The notes under the pieces were generated by a model. The model worked only from the letters and a program-made list of their open reading frames with translations. It did no database searches and had not been told where the DNA came from. Positions 28,589 through 38,551 of a stretch of 64,000 nt of DNA are shown here, in pieces. The position numbers were made by a program, and so were the translations under genes. The DNA comes from a virus, in IMG/VR virus record IMGVR_UViG_3300029305_002311, one strand, 5' to 3'. How positions within the stretch are numbered: position 1 is the stretch's first letter; the number at the start of each line of letters is the position of its first letter.

Positions 28589-30841
28589 CTATTTTAATGG
28601 GCCTGCAATAAAAGAGCCGCTTCCGTTATTAAAGTAGAAAGATAAAGAAATTCTATCATATAGTCCTACATTTCCTTCAAAGTCTTTAGCTGGAATATAG
28701 TCTCTTATTAGCTCTCCAGATTTATTTGTAATCTTACAATAGTGTAGTTTGTATTTGTTTGATTGAGCGCCATTGTCACTATATCTTGGTTCACCAAGTA
28801 AATATAGGTTAGCTGGAGTCACTGGAGTATTAGTAATTGATGAATTATCTAATACAATTTCTCCATTAAATATAACTTTACCTAAGTTTGTATATATTGT
28901 ATTTTTATTATCTTTAGTTCCAGTTCCAAATCTAAAGTCATTTGCATATAGGTATCTAAATACATTGTTTTGGTAAGTTAATATCATAGTATTGTAATCC
29001 CAAGTAGAAGACGCAGACCAAATTACACTATTTTCAGTAGCTACTTCAGATATCTGTATTTCAATACTTCCTAAATCATCTGCACTTACACCAGTATCTA
29101 TGTATTGAGTTCCAGTAGATTGTATATAGTCTAACTCTATTAATTGAGCTACGCCTTCTAATATTGAGTCAGCTATAGCATCGCAAGTCTTATAATCATT
29201 TAAACTAGTAATATTTACAGCTCTTACATATCCTGAGCCAGAGTGATACCCTTTAGGTATAGCAATTGTTGAGTCTCCTGGAGTAATATATTTTGTTCCA
29301 ATATTAGGCATAGTTCCTGATAGTAGACCAGTAGAGCTATGAGCTGTTTTTCCTGATAATAAGTTAGCTGCAGTAGCTGTATCTTCATTAGTGTTATACA
29401 TTGTTGATTCATCTATTTTTATATTATCTACTACAGTTTCTCCATTCTCTCTCATTATTAAATAAGCAGCTTGAGATGGATTTTCAATCCAAACGTTGTC
29501 TTCTACTCTAAAGAAAGTGTATAGTGTTTTAGCTCCCCAACCTGATGAAGAAGGGTCTCCACCGTTACCGAAGTTTGGAATTGCGTAAGGTGTAGCTGTA
29601 GTAACTCTAGTTAATGTGTTGTTCTCTACACTGTATTTATAAATATAAGATGTATTTATATCTGAAATAAATACATAATCATTAAAAGTGGCTACATATA
29701 TACCATTAAGAGTGTTCATGCTAAAAGGTACTGTAGTTGTTTGAATTAAAGTCCTTGTATCTAAATCATATAAGCTAAAGTCTCTAGTAGCTCTATCTAC
29801 AGTAACAAAATAGCTATCTTTAAAGATAGCAGCTACTGCACTATCCATTATAGTGCTACTTATAGCTGTGTGAGATATAGTTTGAGCATTTGCATTTACT
29901 GTATAGATTCTAGCTGCTCCTACAGTACTTAATATACATTTACTTCCTTGAGAATTCCAAGAAATACATCTTCCTTCAGAAGTTCCAGTAGTTGTAACTG
30001 TATAAACTCCATTAGCTATAAATCCAGCATACCCATAATCACTTGAATAATAGCCAAGTCTTCCATACATAATAACTGATTTATTGCTCATAGGATTGAA
30101 TTTAATTTTTATACCACCGTCCCATGTATTACCAACCCCATTAACACCACAATGGCTTCTAGGTAATGCAGTTGAGTTGTTATATATATTTACTACCTCT
30201 TTCTTTTCATAGTCATAATCCACTATCAATGTTCTTACATTGCTATTAGGAACATCTTGTACTACAAATCCAAATCTTAAAGTGCCATCATCATTTTTCC
30301 AATAAGCTATATCTGCAGAAACAAAACACCAGCCACTAAATCCTACATCAGCTGTAGTAATTTGATAGTTAGTTCTTGTCCATACATTATTATCATTTAA
30401 CTCAAAAAATACATAGTTAGGAGCATACACATTATAGTTTGTTACTGTACTTCCGTTACTAAATAAAGCTAATCTATGTCTATAACTACAAGCCACTATT
30501 CTATTAGTTGTTGTAGTGCACCAGCTAGTATCATAAGTAGTTCTAGTTAATGTATTCAATGTTGGATTCATTGTCTTATATAAAGTTTTTACTTGCCCAG
30601 TAATTTTTTGGTCATTTACATAAGCAGTTTTAGGGTAAATAATATCATTAGCTGTTGCAGTTGCATCTTCTGTCTTAATTCCAGTTTCTATAGCTCTTAT
30701 TTTATCTGCATAACTTCTAAAAGTATCTGAATCTGAAATAGGTTGTTCTTTATCTATAATTGCTTGTTTTATTAAATCTTTAGTTTCATTAAGGTAAGCT
30801 AAATTGTCTTGCAAGTCTTGAGGTGTATACTTATCAGACAT
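28589..30841 (-). CDS. Tail-fibre-like protein: array N-module, propeller-like middle, LamG-like C-terminus
   Basis: YTPQDLQDNLAYLNETKDLIKQAI; ATAANLLSGKTAHSSTGLLSGTMPN; DYIQSTGTQYIDTGV. Confidence 0.65.
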   Translation of the reverse strand: MSDKYTPQDLQDNLAYLNETKDLIKQAIIDKEQPISDSDTFRSYADKIRAIETGIKTEDATATANDIIYPKTAYVNDQKITGQVKTLYKTMNPTLNTLTRTTYDTSWCTTTTNRIVACSYRHRLALFSNGSTVTNYNVYAPNYVFFELNDNNVWTRTNYQITTADVGFSGWCFVSADIAYWKNDDGTLRFGFVVQDVPNSNVRTLIVDYDYEKKEVVNIYNNSTALPRSHCGVNGVGNTWDGGIKIKFNPMSNKSVIMYGRLGYYSSDYGYAGFIANGVYTVTTTGTSEGRCISWNSQGSKCILSTVGAARIYTVNANAQTISHTAISSTIMDSAVAAIFKDSYFVTVDRATRDFSLYDLDTRTLIQTTTVPFSMNTLNGIYVATFNDYVFISDINTSYIYKYSVENNTLTRVTTATPYAIPNFGNGGDPSSSGWGAKTLYTFFRVEDNVWIENPSQAAYLIMRENGETVVDNIKIDESTMYNTNEDTATAANLLSGKTAHSSTGLLSGTMPNIGTKYITPGDSTIAIPKGYHSGSGYVRAVNITSLNDYKTCDAIADSILEGVAQLIELDYIQSTGTQYIDTGVSADDLGSIEIQISEVATENSVIWSASSTWDYNTMILTYQNNVFRYLYANDFRFGTGTKDNKNTIYTNLGKVIFNGEIVLDNSSITNTPVTPANLYLLGEPRYSDNGAQSNKYKLHYCKITNKSGELIRDYIPAKDFEGNVGLYDRISLSFYFNNGSGSFIAGPLK

Positions 30842-30844
30842 AGA

Positions 30845-31156
30845 CTATACCTCCTCTCCATTTATGTCTACTACAGTAATAGTAGCATCATTTACTTGTT
30901 TAGTAAGTTCTACTATTGTATTTTGTTGTTCAACTATTCTATCTTCTAATTCAGCAACAGTAGTTCCAAGAAGTATACCTTTTATATCTGCATACCTTTT
31001 TGTAGCTTCTTCATTAGTTGCTAAGTCTTCTACATATTTTTCTCCATTTCTCATAAACCAGATAACATCAGTATTATCTTCTGGGTCAATATACACTGTT
31101 TGAATTAGAGATATATTTACTAGTTTTCCGTCTAATCTCTCAATAAAAAGAGTCAT
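30845..31156 (-). CDS. Small hypothetical protein, paralogous to 31162-31395
   Basis: MTLFIERLDGKLVNISLIQTVYI. Confidence 0.55.
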   Translation of the reverse strand: MTLFIERLDGKLVNISLIQTVYIDPEDNTDVIWFMRNGEKYVEDLATNEEATKRYADIKGILLGTTVAELEDRIVEQQNTIVELTKQVNDATITVVDINGEEV

Positions 31157-31161
31157 ATTAT

Positions 31162-31395
31162 CTACTCCTCTCCTGTTGCTACTAATTTAGCAACAATATC
31201 TTTTCTTATTGCTTCTGCTTCTTCTTGAGTAGCATAAGCTCCTTCTTTTATAATAACTCCGTTCATTTGAACGTACGCTACGGCGTAAGTCAATTCATCA
31301 GAGTCTAATTTCTTTTCATTTTCTATTACTCTTACATCTTGTAAAAGATAAAGATTTTGTAATCTTCCATTATTAGTCTCTATAAACATTCTCAT
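31162..31395 (-). CDS. Small hypothetical protein
   Basis: MRMFIETNNGRLQNLYLLQDVRVI. Confidence 0.55.
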   Translation of the reverse strand: MRMFIETNNGRLQNLYLLQDVRVIENEKKLDSDELTYAVAYVQMNGVIIKEGAYATQEEAEAIRKDIVAKLVATGEE

Positions 31396-31456
31396 CTCTC
31401 CTTCCTATAGTAATATATAATAAGTCTACTCTTTTTAATTTCTCACACAAATAAAT

Positions 31457-31478
31457 AGACCTACAATAAAATAGGTCT
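31457..31478 (-). terminator. Stem-loop, probable terminator
   Basis: AGACCTA...TAGGTCT then ATTTATTT on minus strand. Confidence 0.6.
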
Positions 31479-31492
31479 AATATATTAAAATA

Positions 31493-31558
31493 CTAAACAT
31501 CAGAATGACTTGAGAGGCATTTTCTGTGTTTAGATATATAATTATATAGCTTAGCGCT
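31493..31558 (+). promoter_or_regulatory. Intergenic repeat element E3 (inverted relative to E1/E2)
   Basis: CTAAACATCAGAATGACTTGAGAGGCATTTTCTGTGTTTAGATATATAATTATATAGCTTAGCGCT. Confidence 0.75.
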
Positions 31559-32195
31559 GCTCAAATATTCTTTCTACATTAGAAAATGAATAATAGTCAT
31601 CTTTCTTTCCTCTAGCTTGTATATATTGATTCTTTCCTGATTTTCTAAATGAAAACTGAGTAGTGTCTTCTAATTTTACCCAATTAGTATCGTCTATCTT
31701 GTATTCTAAGAAGTCATATTTAGTATTAGTAGAGATAGAGCAATAAGCTATTTCATCAGATTCTCTTAAAGTAAGAGTTAGATAAAGTCTATCTGAAGAA
31801 ACTGATGGTATTTTTATTTTATCTCTTACAGTAGTATTTGTTATATATTCTGCTTCTGAATCTACATTTAAGTCAGCTTCTATAGTTAACACTTGAGTTT
31901 TATCTGATTGAGCTATGTGTGTAATATAAGTCATAAGCTCAGTTTCATCTGAGTTAGTTGTATCTATGTATACAGTATCTTTAGCTGCAGGAATATCATT
32001 TATTCTTAATTTAACACTAGCCTCTCCTTTATACAATTGAACATCTGGCTCTTTGAAAGGGTCATGTTTTAGATGAGCTTTTATTTTTATACCTTTTCTA
32101 CCATAGATTTCTTCATCATATACCGAAGTAGTAATACCTAAAGTAAAGTGTTCTCCTAATCTACCGTTACATTTTACTGTTTCTGTATGTACCAT
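31551..32195 (-). CDS. Putative virion/structural protein
   Basis: Beta-rich ORF in tail region. Confidence 0.5.
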   Translation of the reverse strand: MVHTETVKCNGRLGEHFTLGITTSVYDEEIYGRKGIKIKAHLKHDPFKEPDVQLYKGEASVKLRINDIPAAKDTVYIDTTNSDETELMTYITHIAQSDKTQVLTIEADLNVDSEAEYITNTTVRDKIKIPSVSSDRLYLTLTLRESDEIAYCSISTNTKYDFLEYKIDDTNWVKLEDTTQFSFRKSGKNQYIQARGKKDDYYSFSNVERIFEQR

Positions 32196-32204
32196 GTCTA
32201 CCTC

Positions 32205-32606
32205 CTATATTTCTATCGAGTCTTTAAATTCTTCTAGTTTGATTAGTTCATCATAAAATCCTCTAAAAGTAGTATCTTCAGGAATGTAGTCAAGACTTAT
32301 TTCTCTTCTTGATATTGAGTAGTCTGTATTTAATAATTCAGCATTCGCAAATTGAGCTTCTTGTATTTTATTAGTTAAAGCTAGTACTACTTCATCTTCT
32401 GTTGTAGTTTCTAATTTAGTATATAAATCTTGTATTTTTGCTCTAGTTTCATCTGCTAATTTGGCTTTATTTCTATAATCTTCTGATATATAATCTTCTA
32501 AAGTTACAATACTTTGATTTTTATTATAGTTGATAGCTACTTTTACTATTCTATGATATTTAGTAATAAGCCCTGATTCTTTAGTCACTTCTTTACTTAT
32601 TGCCAT
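32205..32606 (-). CDS. Hypothetical protein
   Basis: ORF track. Confidence 0.5.
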   Translation of the reverse strand: MAISKEVTKESGLITKYHRIVKVAINYNKNQSIVTLEDYISEDYRNKAKLADETRAKIQDLYTKLETTTEDEVVLALTNKIQEAQFANAELLNTDYSISRREISLDYIPEDTTFRGFYDELIKLEEFKDSIEI

Positions 32607-33393
32607 TGTTTATTACCTCCTTAATAAAGTTTATTATGAATTGAATTAGTTTTCTTAATATATAGAATGTTGGAGTAGTAGCTTCTATATTTGTAGATTC
32701 TTGAGCTGCTAAAGTTACTCCCCAAGCTTCTCTTATTTTATATTCATATGGAAGAATGCAAAGTCCGTTATCTCCCCACTCTTTTCCCCAGCTGTTTTGA
32801 ACTATATAGCCAGTTTCATTCCATCCAAGTAACAACATCATGTGCCCTGAATTAGGGTAATAGTCTGGAACTTGAACTATATTCTTATCATCTAATTGTA
32901 AGTTATCAGTAGCTATAGCGATTGGAATTGGAGTTTGTTTACTATAAAGCCAAGACTTAATTTCTTGTTCTGTATAAAGTCTTGCATAAGATTGAATTTT
33001 GTATTCATCAGCCAAAGCTTCTAATAATACAAAGTTATCATCAACTTTCTTTTTAGCTTCTTGCATTTCTATGTTATAGTTGAAGTTTTTATTCTGAACT
33101 GCTCCAAGTTTTTGTAAAGTTTTAAGAGCTTCTCTAGGGTACATTCCTTCTCCTTGATAATAACCTTCTGGCCTATAGCCATAAATCCAACCGGTTGAAT
33201 AGATAGTACCTTCTTTTTCTTCTATCATTGAAGATAGAGCGTGAGCTACACAAGAGTTTACATACCCTTGGTCTTTTATAGAAGCAGCTTTTAAGCTATA
33301 CTCTTTTGGAAGAGTTATAGCTTTAACTGCTGAGCATACTCTAAAATCTCTTAAATCTTTAGGTGATTCTAACGAACCGAATTTTCTTTCCAT
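32593..33393 (-). CDS. Papain-like (C1 family) cysteine protease
   Basis: KDQGYVNSCVAHALSSMIE...NSGHMMLLLGWNETGYIVQNSWGKEWGDNGLCILPY: Cys, His and Asn motifs in order. Confidence 0.85.
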   Translation of the reverse strand: MERKFGSLESPKDLRDFRVCSAVKAITLPKEYSLKAASIKDQGYVNSCVAHALSSMIEEKEGTIYSTGWIYGYRPEGYYQGEGMYPREALKTLQKLGAVQNKNFNYNIEMQEAKKKVDDNFVLLEALADEYKIQSYARLYTEQEIKSWLYSKQTPIPIAIATDNLQLDDKNIVQVPDYYPNSGHMMLLLGWNETGYIVQNSWGKEWGDNGLCILPYEYKIREAWGVTLAAQESTNIEATTPTFYILRKLIQFIINFIKEVINNGNK

Positions 33394-33406
33394 AAATTAT
33401 TCCTCC

Positions 33407-34978
33407 TTATTTAATTACTGCTGGTTCATTGTAAACTAAGATTGAGCTATCTCCTACATAGTATGTATGAGTGTCTTCAACAACAATTTCATAAACATTT
33501 ACTACGTCTGTTATTTCAAAGCTTACACTACTTATATCTACTTCTTCTCCATCTTTATTTCTTAATTTGTCTGTAGCTGATAGGTTCTTAGCTTCTACTG
33601 CAAGTTTATCTATTACATAGAATGGATGGTCTCCTGTAGATTGTATTCTTTCTCCATTAGCTTCTATAGTATAAATTATAGACTCTGGGTGAGTATAAGT
33701 TTCAGTAACTGTTTTTGTCTCATTTTGTTGAGTTTCAAAGTTATAAGAAATTACTTCATCTCCAGCTTCTATTTCTTCTATATTAGTTAATCCACTAGGA
33801 GTTAATACTTTAGTTCCTTCTATAAAGCAAGGTTCTCCTTGAATTAATCCTTTTTGATTCCAGAACCATTTAGACTCACTAGAATCCCAGTAAATATAGA
33901 AATCTTGTCCGCCAGTTATGTTATTGAATAAGTATTCATAATCTCCGTTATACATTGAACTATATGATTTTAGTACTACATACAAATAAGTGTATCTACT
34001 CTTTCTATCTGCTCCAGATAATATATTGTTAGATTTTATAAGGGTACCATCTTCTACCCATTGTTCTAATTGATTTATAACTGTAGAAGTCATGTATGCT
34101 GTAAGAGTATTTTCATCTGGAGTACTTGGTGGATATGAAGTTCCATCTCCAACTGACCATGCTTTTAATTGAGAAGGCATTGCATACAATGCTGCATCAA
34201 ATGCTTTTTGTATATTAGATATATTGTTATTAGCTACTACAATATCTTCTTCAATTTGTTCTGTACCTGCTGCTATTTTATTATCTATTTGCTCTTGACT
34301 TAGTATTGATATCTCTGTTTTGTTTACAGAAGAATAAGTATTTCCTGTTCCTCTAGTAAAAGTCATTGTTATCAATTTGTTATTATTTGTGTCTACATAA
34401 GAAATTAAGTCTACAGTTTCAGTACTATCAGGAGTTAATAAACCTGTAAATTGATAGCAGCAATTATAATCTCCTGTTCCCATTGAATTAGATATGTCTA
34501 TAATTACGTGTTGTTGAGTAGATAAAGCATTTTGAAAGTTAGCGATATTTTCTTCTCCATCAAAAGCTTGCGTTATTTCTTCAGAAGTAGACTCATTAGT
34601 TAAATCTAAAATCATACTACTTGTATGAAATATCTCTACTGTGCTATTATCTTGTTCTTCTGGATTTATATGTGAAACTAAGAAGTCTGTTCCATCATAT
34701 GTTATTGCATAAACTTGATTTATTGCAATCCATCCATCAAATAAATCTACTTTAATTCCATTCTTATAAGTTTTTAAAGATTTAGCTCCTAAGCTATTTA
34801 CATTCATTGTGCATTGTGCAGATGTTCCATGAGCATTACTTAATATATGTACTGTTTTATGTAAGAGCTCATTATAGTTAGTGATTCCATATATCTCTAT
34901 TTCTCTAGCAGCTGCATCTGATGAATTTTCTATTATAGGTGCATCTAATAATCTTTGTGTTCCTTTAAATAAAACCAT
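33407..34978 (-). CDS. Fibre-like protein with C-terminal Hint (hedgehog/intein) domain
   Basis: PCFIEGTKVLTPSGLTNIEEIEAGDEVISYN...GERIQSTGDHPFYVID...VYEIVVEDTHTYYVGDSSILVYNEPAVIK*. Confidence 0.8.
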   Translation of the reverse strand: MVLFKGTQRLLDAPIIENSSDAAAREIEIYGITNYNELLHKTVHILSNAHGTSAQCTMNVNSLGAKSLKTYKNGIKVDLFDGWIAINQVYAITYDGTDFLVSHINPEEQDNSTVEIFHTSSMILDLTNESTSEEITQAFDGEENIANFQNALSTQQHVIIDISNSMGTGDYNCCYQFTGLLTPDSTETVDLISYVDTNNNKLITMTFTRGTGNTYSSVNKTEISILSQEQIDNKIAAGTEQIEEDIVVANNNISNIQKAFDAALYAMPSQLKAWSVGDGTSYPPSTPDENTLTAYMTSTVINQLEQWVEDGTLIKSNNILSGADRKSRYTYLYVVLKSYSSMYNGDYEYLFNNITGGQDFYIYWDSSESKWFWNQKGLIQGEPCFIEGTKVLTPSGLTNIEEIEAGDEVISYNFETQQNETKTVTETYTHPESIIYTIEANGERIQSTGDHPFYVIDKLAVEAKNLSATDKLRNKDGEEVDISSVSFEITDVVNVYEIVVEDTHTYYVGDSSILVYNEPAVIK

Positions 34979-34991
34979 TATTATCTCCTTC

Positions 34992-35417
34992 CTAGCCAAC
35001 TATTTTAGCTAATTTAAATTGGTCTGTTTCTATAAGTGCTTTTTCTATAGTTAATTTAGATAAATCATCTAAATCTGTAAGTTCTACTATTATTTCTCCA
35101 ACTATACAATCTTCATATGCTGCACTAGCATTTATTTTATCAGCTAATTCATTTATCTGTAATTGTAATTTATCTAATTTTTTAAGTTCTGTTTTAGTAG
35201 GTGTTTCTTTCTCCATTAGTGGAGTAAATTGGTCTACTAGTTTTTCTTGGTCACTTTGTAGAATAGTTTTTTGCATTGCTTTTAAATAAAAATCTTTAGA
35301 AGTAAATCCATGCACTGAAACTCTAGCAGAATTATCACTAAAAGCTTCTACTATATCTACAACATGATAATTTAAAGTTGCTCCATTTGCTAATCTTATT
35401 GCTTTTGATAATGCCAT
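34992..35417 (-). CDS. Hypothetical tail-region protein
   Basis: ORF track. Confidence 0.5.
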   Translation of the reverse strand: MALSKAIRLANGATLNYHVVDIVEAFSDNSARVSVHGFTSKDFYLKAMQKTILQSDQEKLVDQFTPLMEKETPTKTELKKLDKLQLQINELADKINASAAYEDCIVGEIIVELTDLDDLSKLTIEKALIETDQFKLAKIVG

Positions 35418-35428
35418 TTAATTACCTC

Positions 35429-36478
35429 CTATTCATAATTAGTTGTGTACATATCTATTATGTGAGTTGTTCCTCCTGAATCTTTAACAATTATGTATCT
35501 AGCAGTTTTCTTTTTACCGCTTGAATCATAATAGTATGCCATCGGACATTCAGTCTTAGCTCCTCCAGCACTACTTACATAATATACTATGCCGTCTTTA
35601 TATATGCTTACATTATTATTGCCTGCTTCTACATATCCTAACCAACCAGAGCTATGACCACTAGTATTAGAAGTCATATAAGCAGCTACTCTAGTAGCTA
35701 TTAAGTCTCCTGGTCTTAAATTCATTATACTTCCAGGATTAAATGTAAGGCTAGTTCCTGTAACATTAGTATTTACATCTGTCCAGCTAGACCATGACCC
35801 TCTATATCTTCTCATTTGCACTCTGTATTTAGAAATTGAGTTTCCAGTTCCAGCTTTAGCTGCTGTCCAAGATACTTTTAAATCCCAGTCAGGTTTTCTA
35901 GTAGTTGCTGAATTAGTAACTCCTTTTAAATTAGTAGGGTCTGACCAAGGTGGTGTAGGGTCATATTCAGGAACTGCTACATTAGCTATAGTATAGTCTC
36001 TATTATTATCTACTGTACAGTTAGTACATCCAGCTCTAGCTTTAAATACTAAAGCCATTTTATCATTACTTGGCCAGTTTATATCAAATGTATGAGTTCC
36101 TTTAGAAATAGCACTAGTCCATTGACTTGGACTGTTACCTTTGTAAGCTATCTCTTTTTCTACTCCACCAATTTGAGCAAATAAATCTATATAATAACCG
36201 AAGTAAGCAGTCCAACTAGAATTTGCATTATTACCATAGTTTCCTGTAGATGAGTCTGCTTTATTCCAACCTAATCCAGATTCAAATAATCTCCAAAGTT
36301 CTCCGTAAAGAGTAACATGCACTGTTGGAGAAGTTTTACTGTCTCTAGTTAAAGTATAACTGATAGTTGTGTACATTCTTGGATGATTTTTATTAGTAGC
36401 TATAAAAGTAGTGCCACTATTTGAGTACTGCGGACCATGCCACTGTAAACTATAGCTACCTGATTTAGTTTCAGCCAT
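35429..36478 (-). CDS. Putative tail protein with FnIII-like domain
   Basis: PTRKPDWDLKVSWTAAKAGTGNSISKYRVQMRRYRGSWSSWTDVNTNVTGTSLTF. Confidence 0.6.
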   Translation of the reverse strand: MAETKSGSYSLQWHGPQYSNSGTTFIATNKNHPRMYTTISYTLTRDSKTSPTVHVTLYGELWRLFESGLGWNKADSSTGNYGNNANSSWTAYFGYYIDLFAQIGGVEKEIAYKGNSPSQWTSAISKGTHTFDINWPSNDKMALVFKARAGCTNCTVDNNRDYTIANVAVPEYDPTPPWSDPTNLKGVTNSATTRKPDWDLKVSWTAAKAGTGNSISKYRVQMRRYRGSWSSWTDVNTNVTGTSLTFNPGSIMNLRPGDLIATRVAAYMTSNTSGHSSGWLGYVEAGNNNVSIYKDGIVYYVSSAGGAKTECPMAYYYDSSGKKKTARYIIVKDSGGTTHIIDMYTTNYE

Positions 36479-36493
36479 CTAAACTCCTCCTCT

Positions 36494-38542
36494 CTAGTCC
36501 TTCCAGCAAACTATTACTGTTCTGGCACCGATGTTTTGTGTTCCATCAGCTGTAGATTTAGCCATTGCTCTTAAGTCATATACTGAGCTTGATGTAGAGT
36601 ATACATATCTACCCTTGGAGTTTGAAAGGTTTCCGCTTATGCTTAAGTCTCCGCCAACACTTAGACTTCCTACACTAGCTGCTCCAGATACATTTAGTGC
36701 ATTTGCATAAACGCAACTCCAACGATTATTTGAGCTTCCTAGAGCATATGAATTAGTTTTTGAAGGTAGCACATCTCCACTAATTTGTCCACCAGCTTTA
36801 TCAAATTTATTTTGGTCTAGTACAAATCCTTGATGTGCAGATAGAGCTTGTTTATTATTATAAGTACTTGATTTTAAATCATTTACTAAAACTACTCTTC
36901 CATTTAAGTTATCGTAAATTAAATAATAATCACCGTCTTTATATTCAATGCTAGTTGTGCCGTCTTTAGTTATAGTGCATTTTAATGAGTCTGCTTTTCC
37001 AGCAGGTATAACACCGTTTATTAAATCCGTAGATTGTTTAAGTGATTTCTCTGCTTGAGCTCTTGCTACATAATCAGCATATCCAGTATTTTCTTGGTCT
37101 ACTTCTATCCATCTTCTATCTATAATTATTGATTCTACATCAGCATTTAAATCAGTGATTCCTGATTTTAAAACTATTATAGCTAATGGAATAAAGATAG
37201 TTTTTCCAAATGGAGCTGGGTAAGCTAAAAGTCCAGTTCCTTCTATGGCTTTATTGAAAGTATCGTATATTGTATCTCCGTATTGAAGTACTAATGATTG
37301 TTCATATATGTCCCAAAGTACTCTTTGAATAGTAAATTTTCCATTAGGAACGCTGTTTATAGTTCCAGCATTGAAAGTTAAAGCTTCTAGCTCATCTTGT
37401 ACATTCTGTAACTCCATTTCTAATGGGTTTGCGCAAGTAACTGGGTCTATATAGATGATGAATGCAGGTGATTTTCTAATAGCTAGTACTTGAGCTTCAG
37501 TAACTGAAGCTACTAAAATATTTCTAGCTATGAAGTCACTTACTAAAGTCATATTTGCTTGAAGTCCAGCTCTTCTTACTTCTTTTAAGTTATCATTTCC
37601 TAAAAGAGCATACAATTTTTCTACCTCCGCATATATGTCTTGTAATCTATTAGCGTATGCATTAGTAACTTGAAGTAAATCACTATTTTCTGCCCCGTTC
37701 ACTATCATATCATGAAGTTCATTAGCAGTTGCATTAGCATAGTTGTCTATTAAGTAGAATAAATTTCTAATACTATGAATATATTCTTCAGCTTTTATTT
37801 TGTCTTGTTTGCTCATATTATATGTCATGTATCTATCTGTTATTAAATTATAAGTCTTAGCTTGCGTATAGTCTATCTCATTAAAGTTATTTATATATCT
37901 TAGTGGAACTCTTTCTGATGCTAAATTATAGAATTGATAAATATCTGGTGATACTTTATCAGTAAAATCTATACCACTTCTTTTAGTAGTTCCGGAAGTT
38001 TGAGATAATTCTAAACCTCCTGGAGATTTTACATACATTCCTTCTACATCATAGAATTCATCTCCAGCATTATACATTGGAGTTCCAGCTCTTTGAGCCA
38101 TAATATACATATGATTCCAAGTAGAATCAGTGTTTATGCAGAATCTAGCCAACAGCACTTCATCTGCTTCTCCAAACATATACTCTGAAATTCTATAAGA
38201 TAAATCTTCTCTAATATATAAGAAGTTTAGTTTTCCGTTAGCATAGCTTAAAAAATCAATAGGAAACATGCTTAAGTTTACTATTTTATTAGTATCTCTG
38301 AAGTATAAATCAAAGTTATCAAATACTGTAGCTGAGTTTACTACTCCAGTAATCTCTACTGGCTTAAGAGGTCTTATAAGCATTCCGTCTACAGTTTCTC
38401 TACCATTATAAACTACTCCATTGCTAAGTATTGTTCCAACCATTGAATCTATGAAAGCTGAGCTATCTGAGTTTTGATTGAAATATTCTATCAAGTCTTT
38501 CATTATATTAGAGTCATTTAGTTGTTTCCAGTCTCTCATCAT
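36494..38542 (-). CDS. Putative tail fibre / structural protein
   Basis: C-terminal fibre-like LSVGGDLSISGNLSNSKGR. Confidence 0.55.
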   Translation of the reverse strand: MMRDWKQLNDSNIMKDLIEYFNQNSDSSAFIDSMVGTILSNGVVYNGRETVDGMLIRPLKPVEITGVVNSATVFDNFDLYFRDTNKIVNLSMFPIDFLSYANGKLNFLYIREDLSYRISEYMFGEADEVLLARFCINTDSTWNHMYIMAQRAGTPMYNAGDEFYDVEGMYVKSPGGLELSQTSGTTKRSGIDFTDKVSPDIYQFYNLASERVPLRYINNFNEIDYTQAKTYNLITDRYMTYNMSKQDKIKAEEYIHSIRNLFYLIDNYANATANELHDMIVNGAENSDLLQVTNAYANRLQDIYAEVEKLYALLGNDNLKEVRRAGLQANMTLVSDFIARNILVASVTEAQVLAIRKSPAFIIYIDPVTCANPLEMELQNVQDELEALTFNAGTINSVPNGKFTIQRVLWDIYEQSLVLQYGDTIYDTFNKAIEGTGLLAYPAPFGKTIFIPLAIIVLKSGITDLNADVESIIIDRRWIEVDQENTGYADYVARAQAEKSLKQSTDLINGVIPAGKADSLKCTITKDGTTSIEYKDGDYYLIYDNLNGRVVLVNDLKSSTYNNKQALSAHQGFVLDQNKFDKAGGQISGDVLPSKTNSYALGSSNNRWSCVYANALNVSGAASVGSLSVGGDLSISGNLSNSKGRYVYSTSSSVYDLRAMAKSTADGTQNIGARTVIVCWKD

Positions 38543-38551
38543 TTTCCTCCT

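Noticed and set aside
12246-30841. Diversity-generating retroelement acting on the fibre array
   Set aside because: No reverse transcriptase or template-repeat pair is visible in the window; variability is spread along repeats rather than at a single C-terminal VR.
33407-34978. Classical intein in a replication/structural gene
   Set aside because: The Hint block is at the C-terminus with essentially no C-extein and no homing endonuclease domain.
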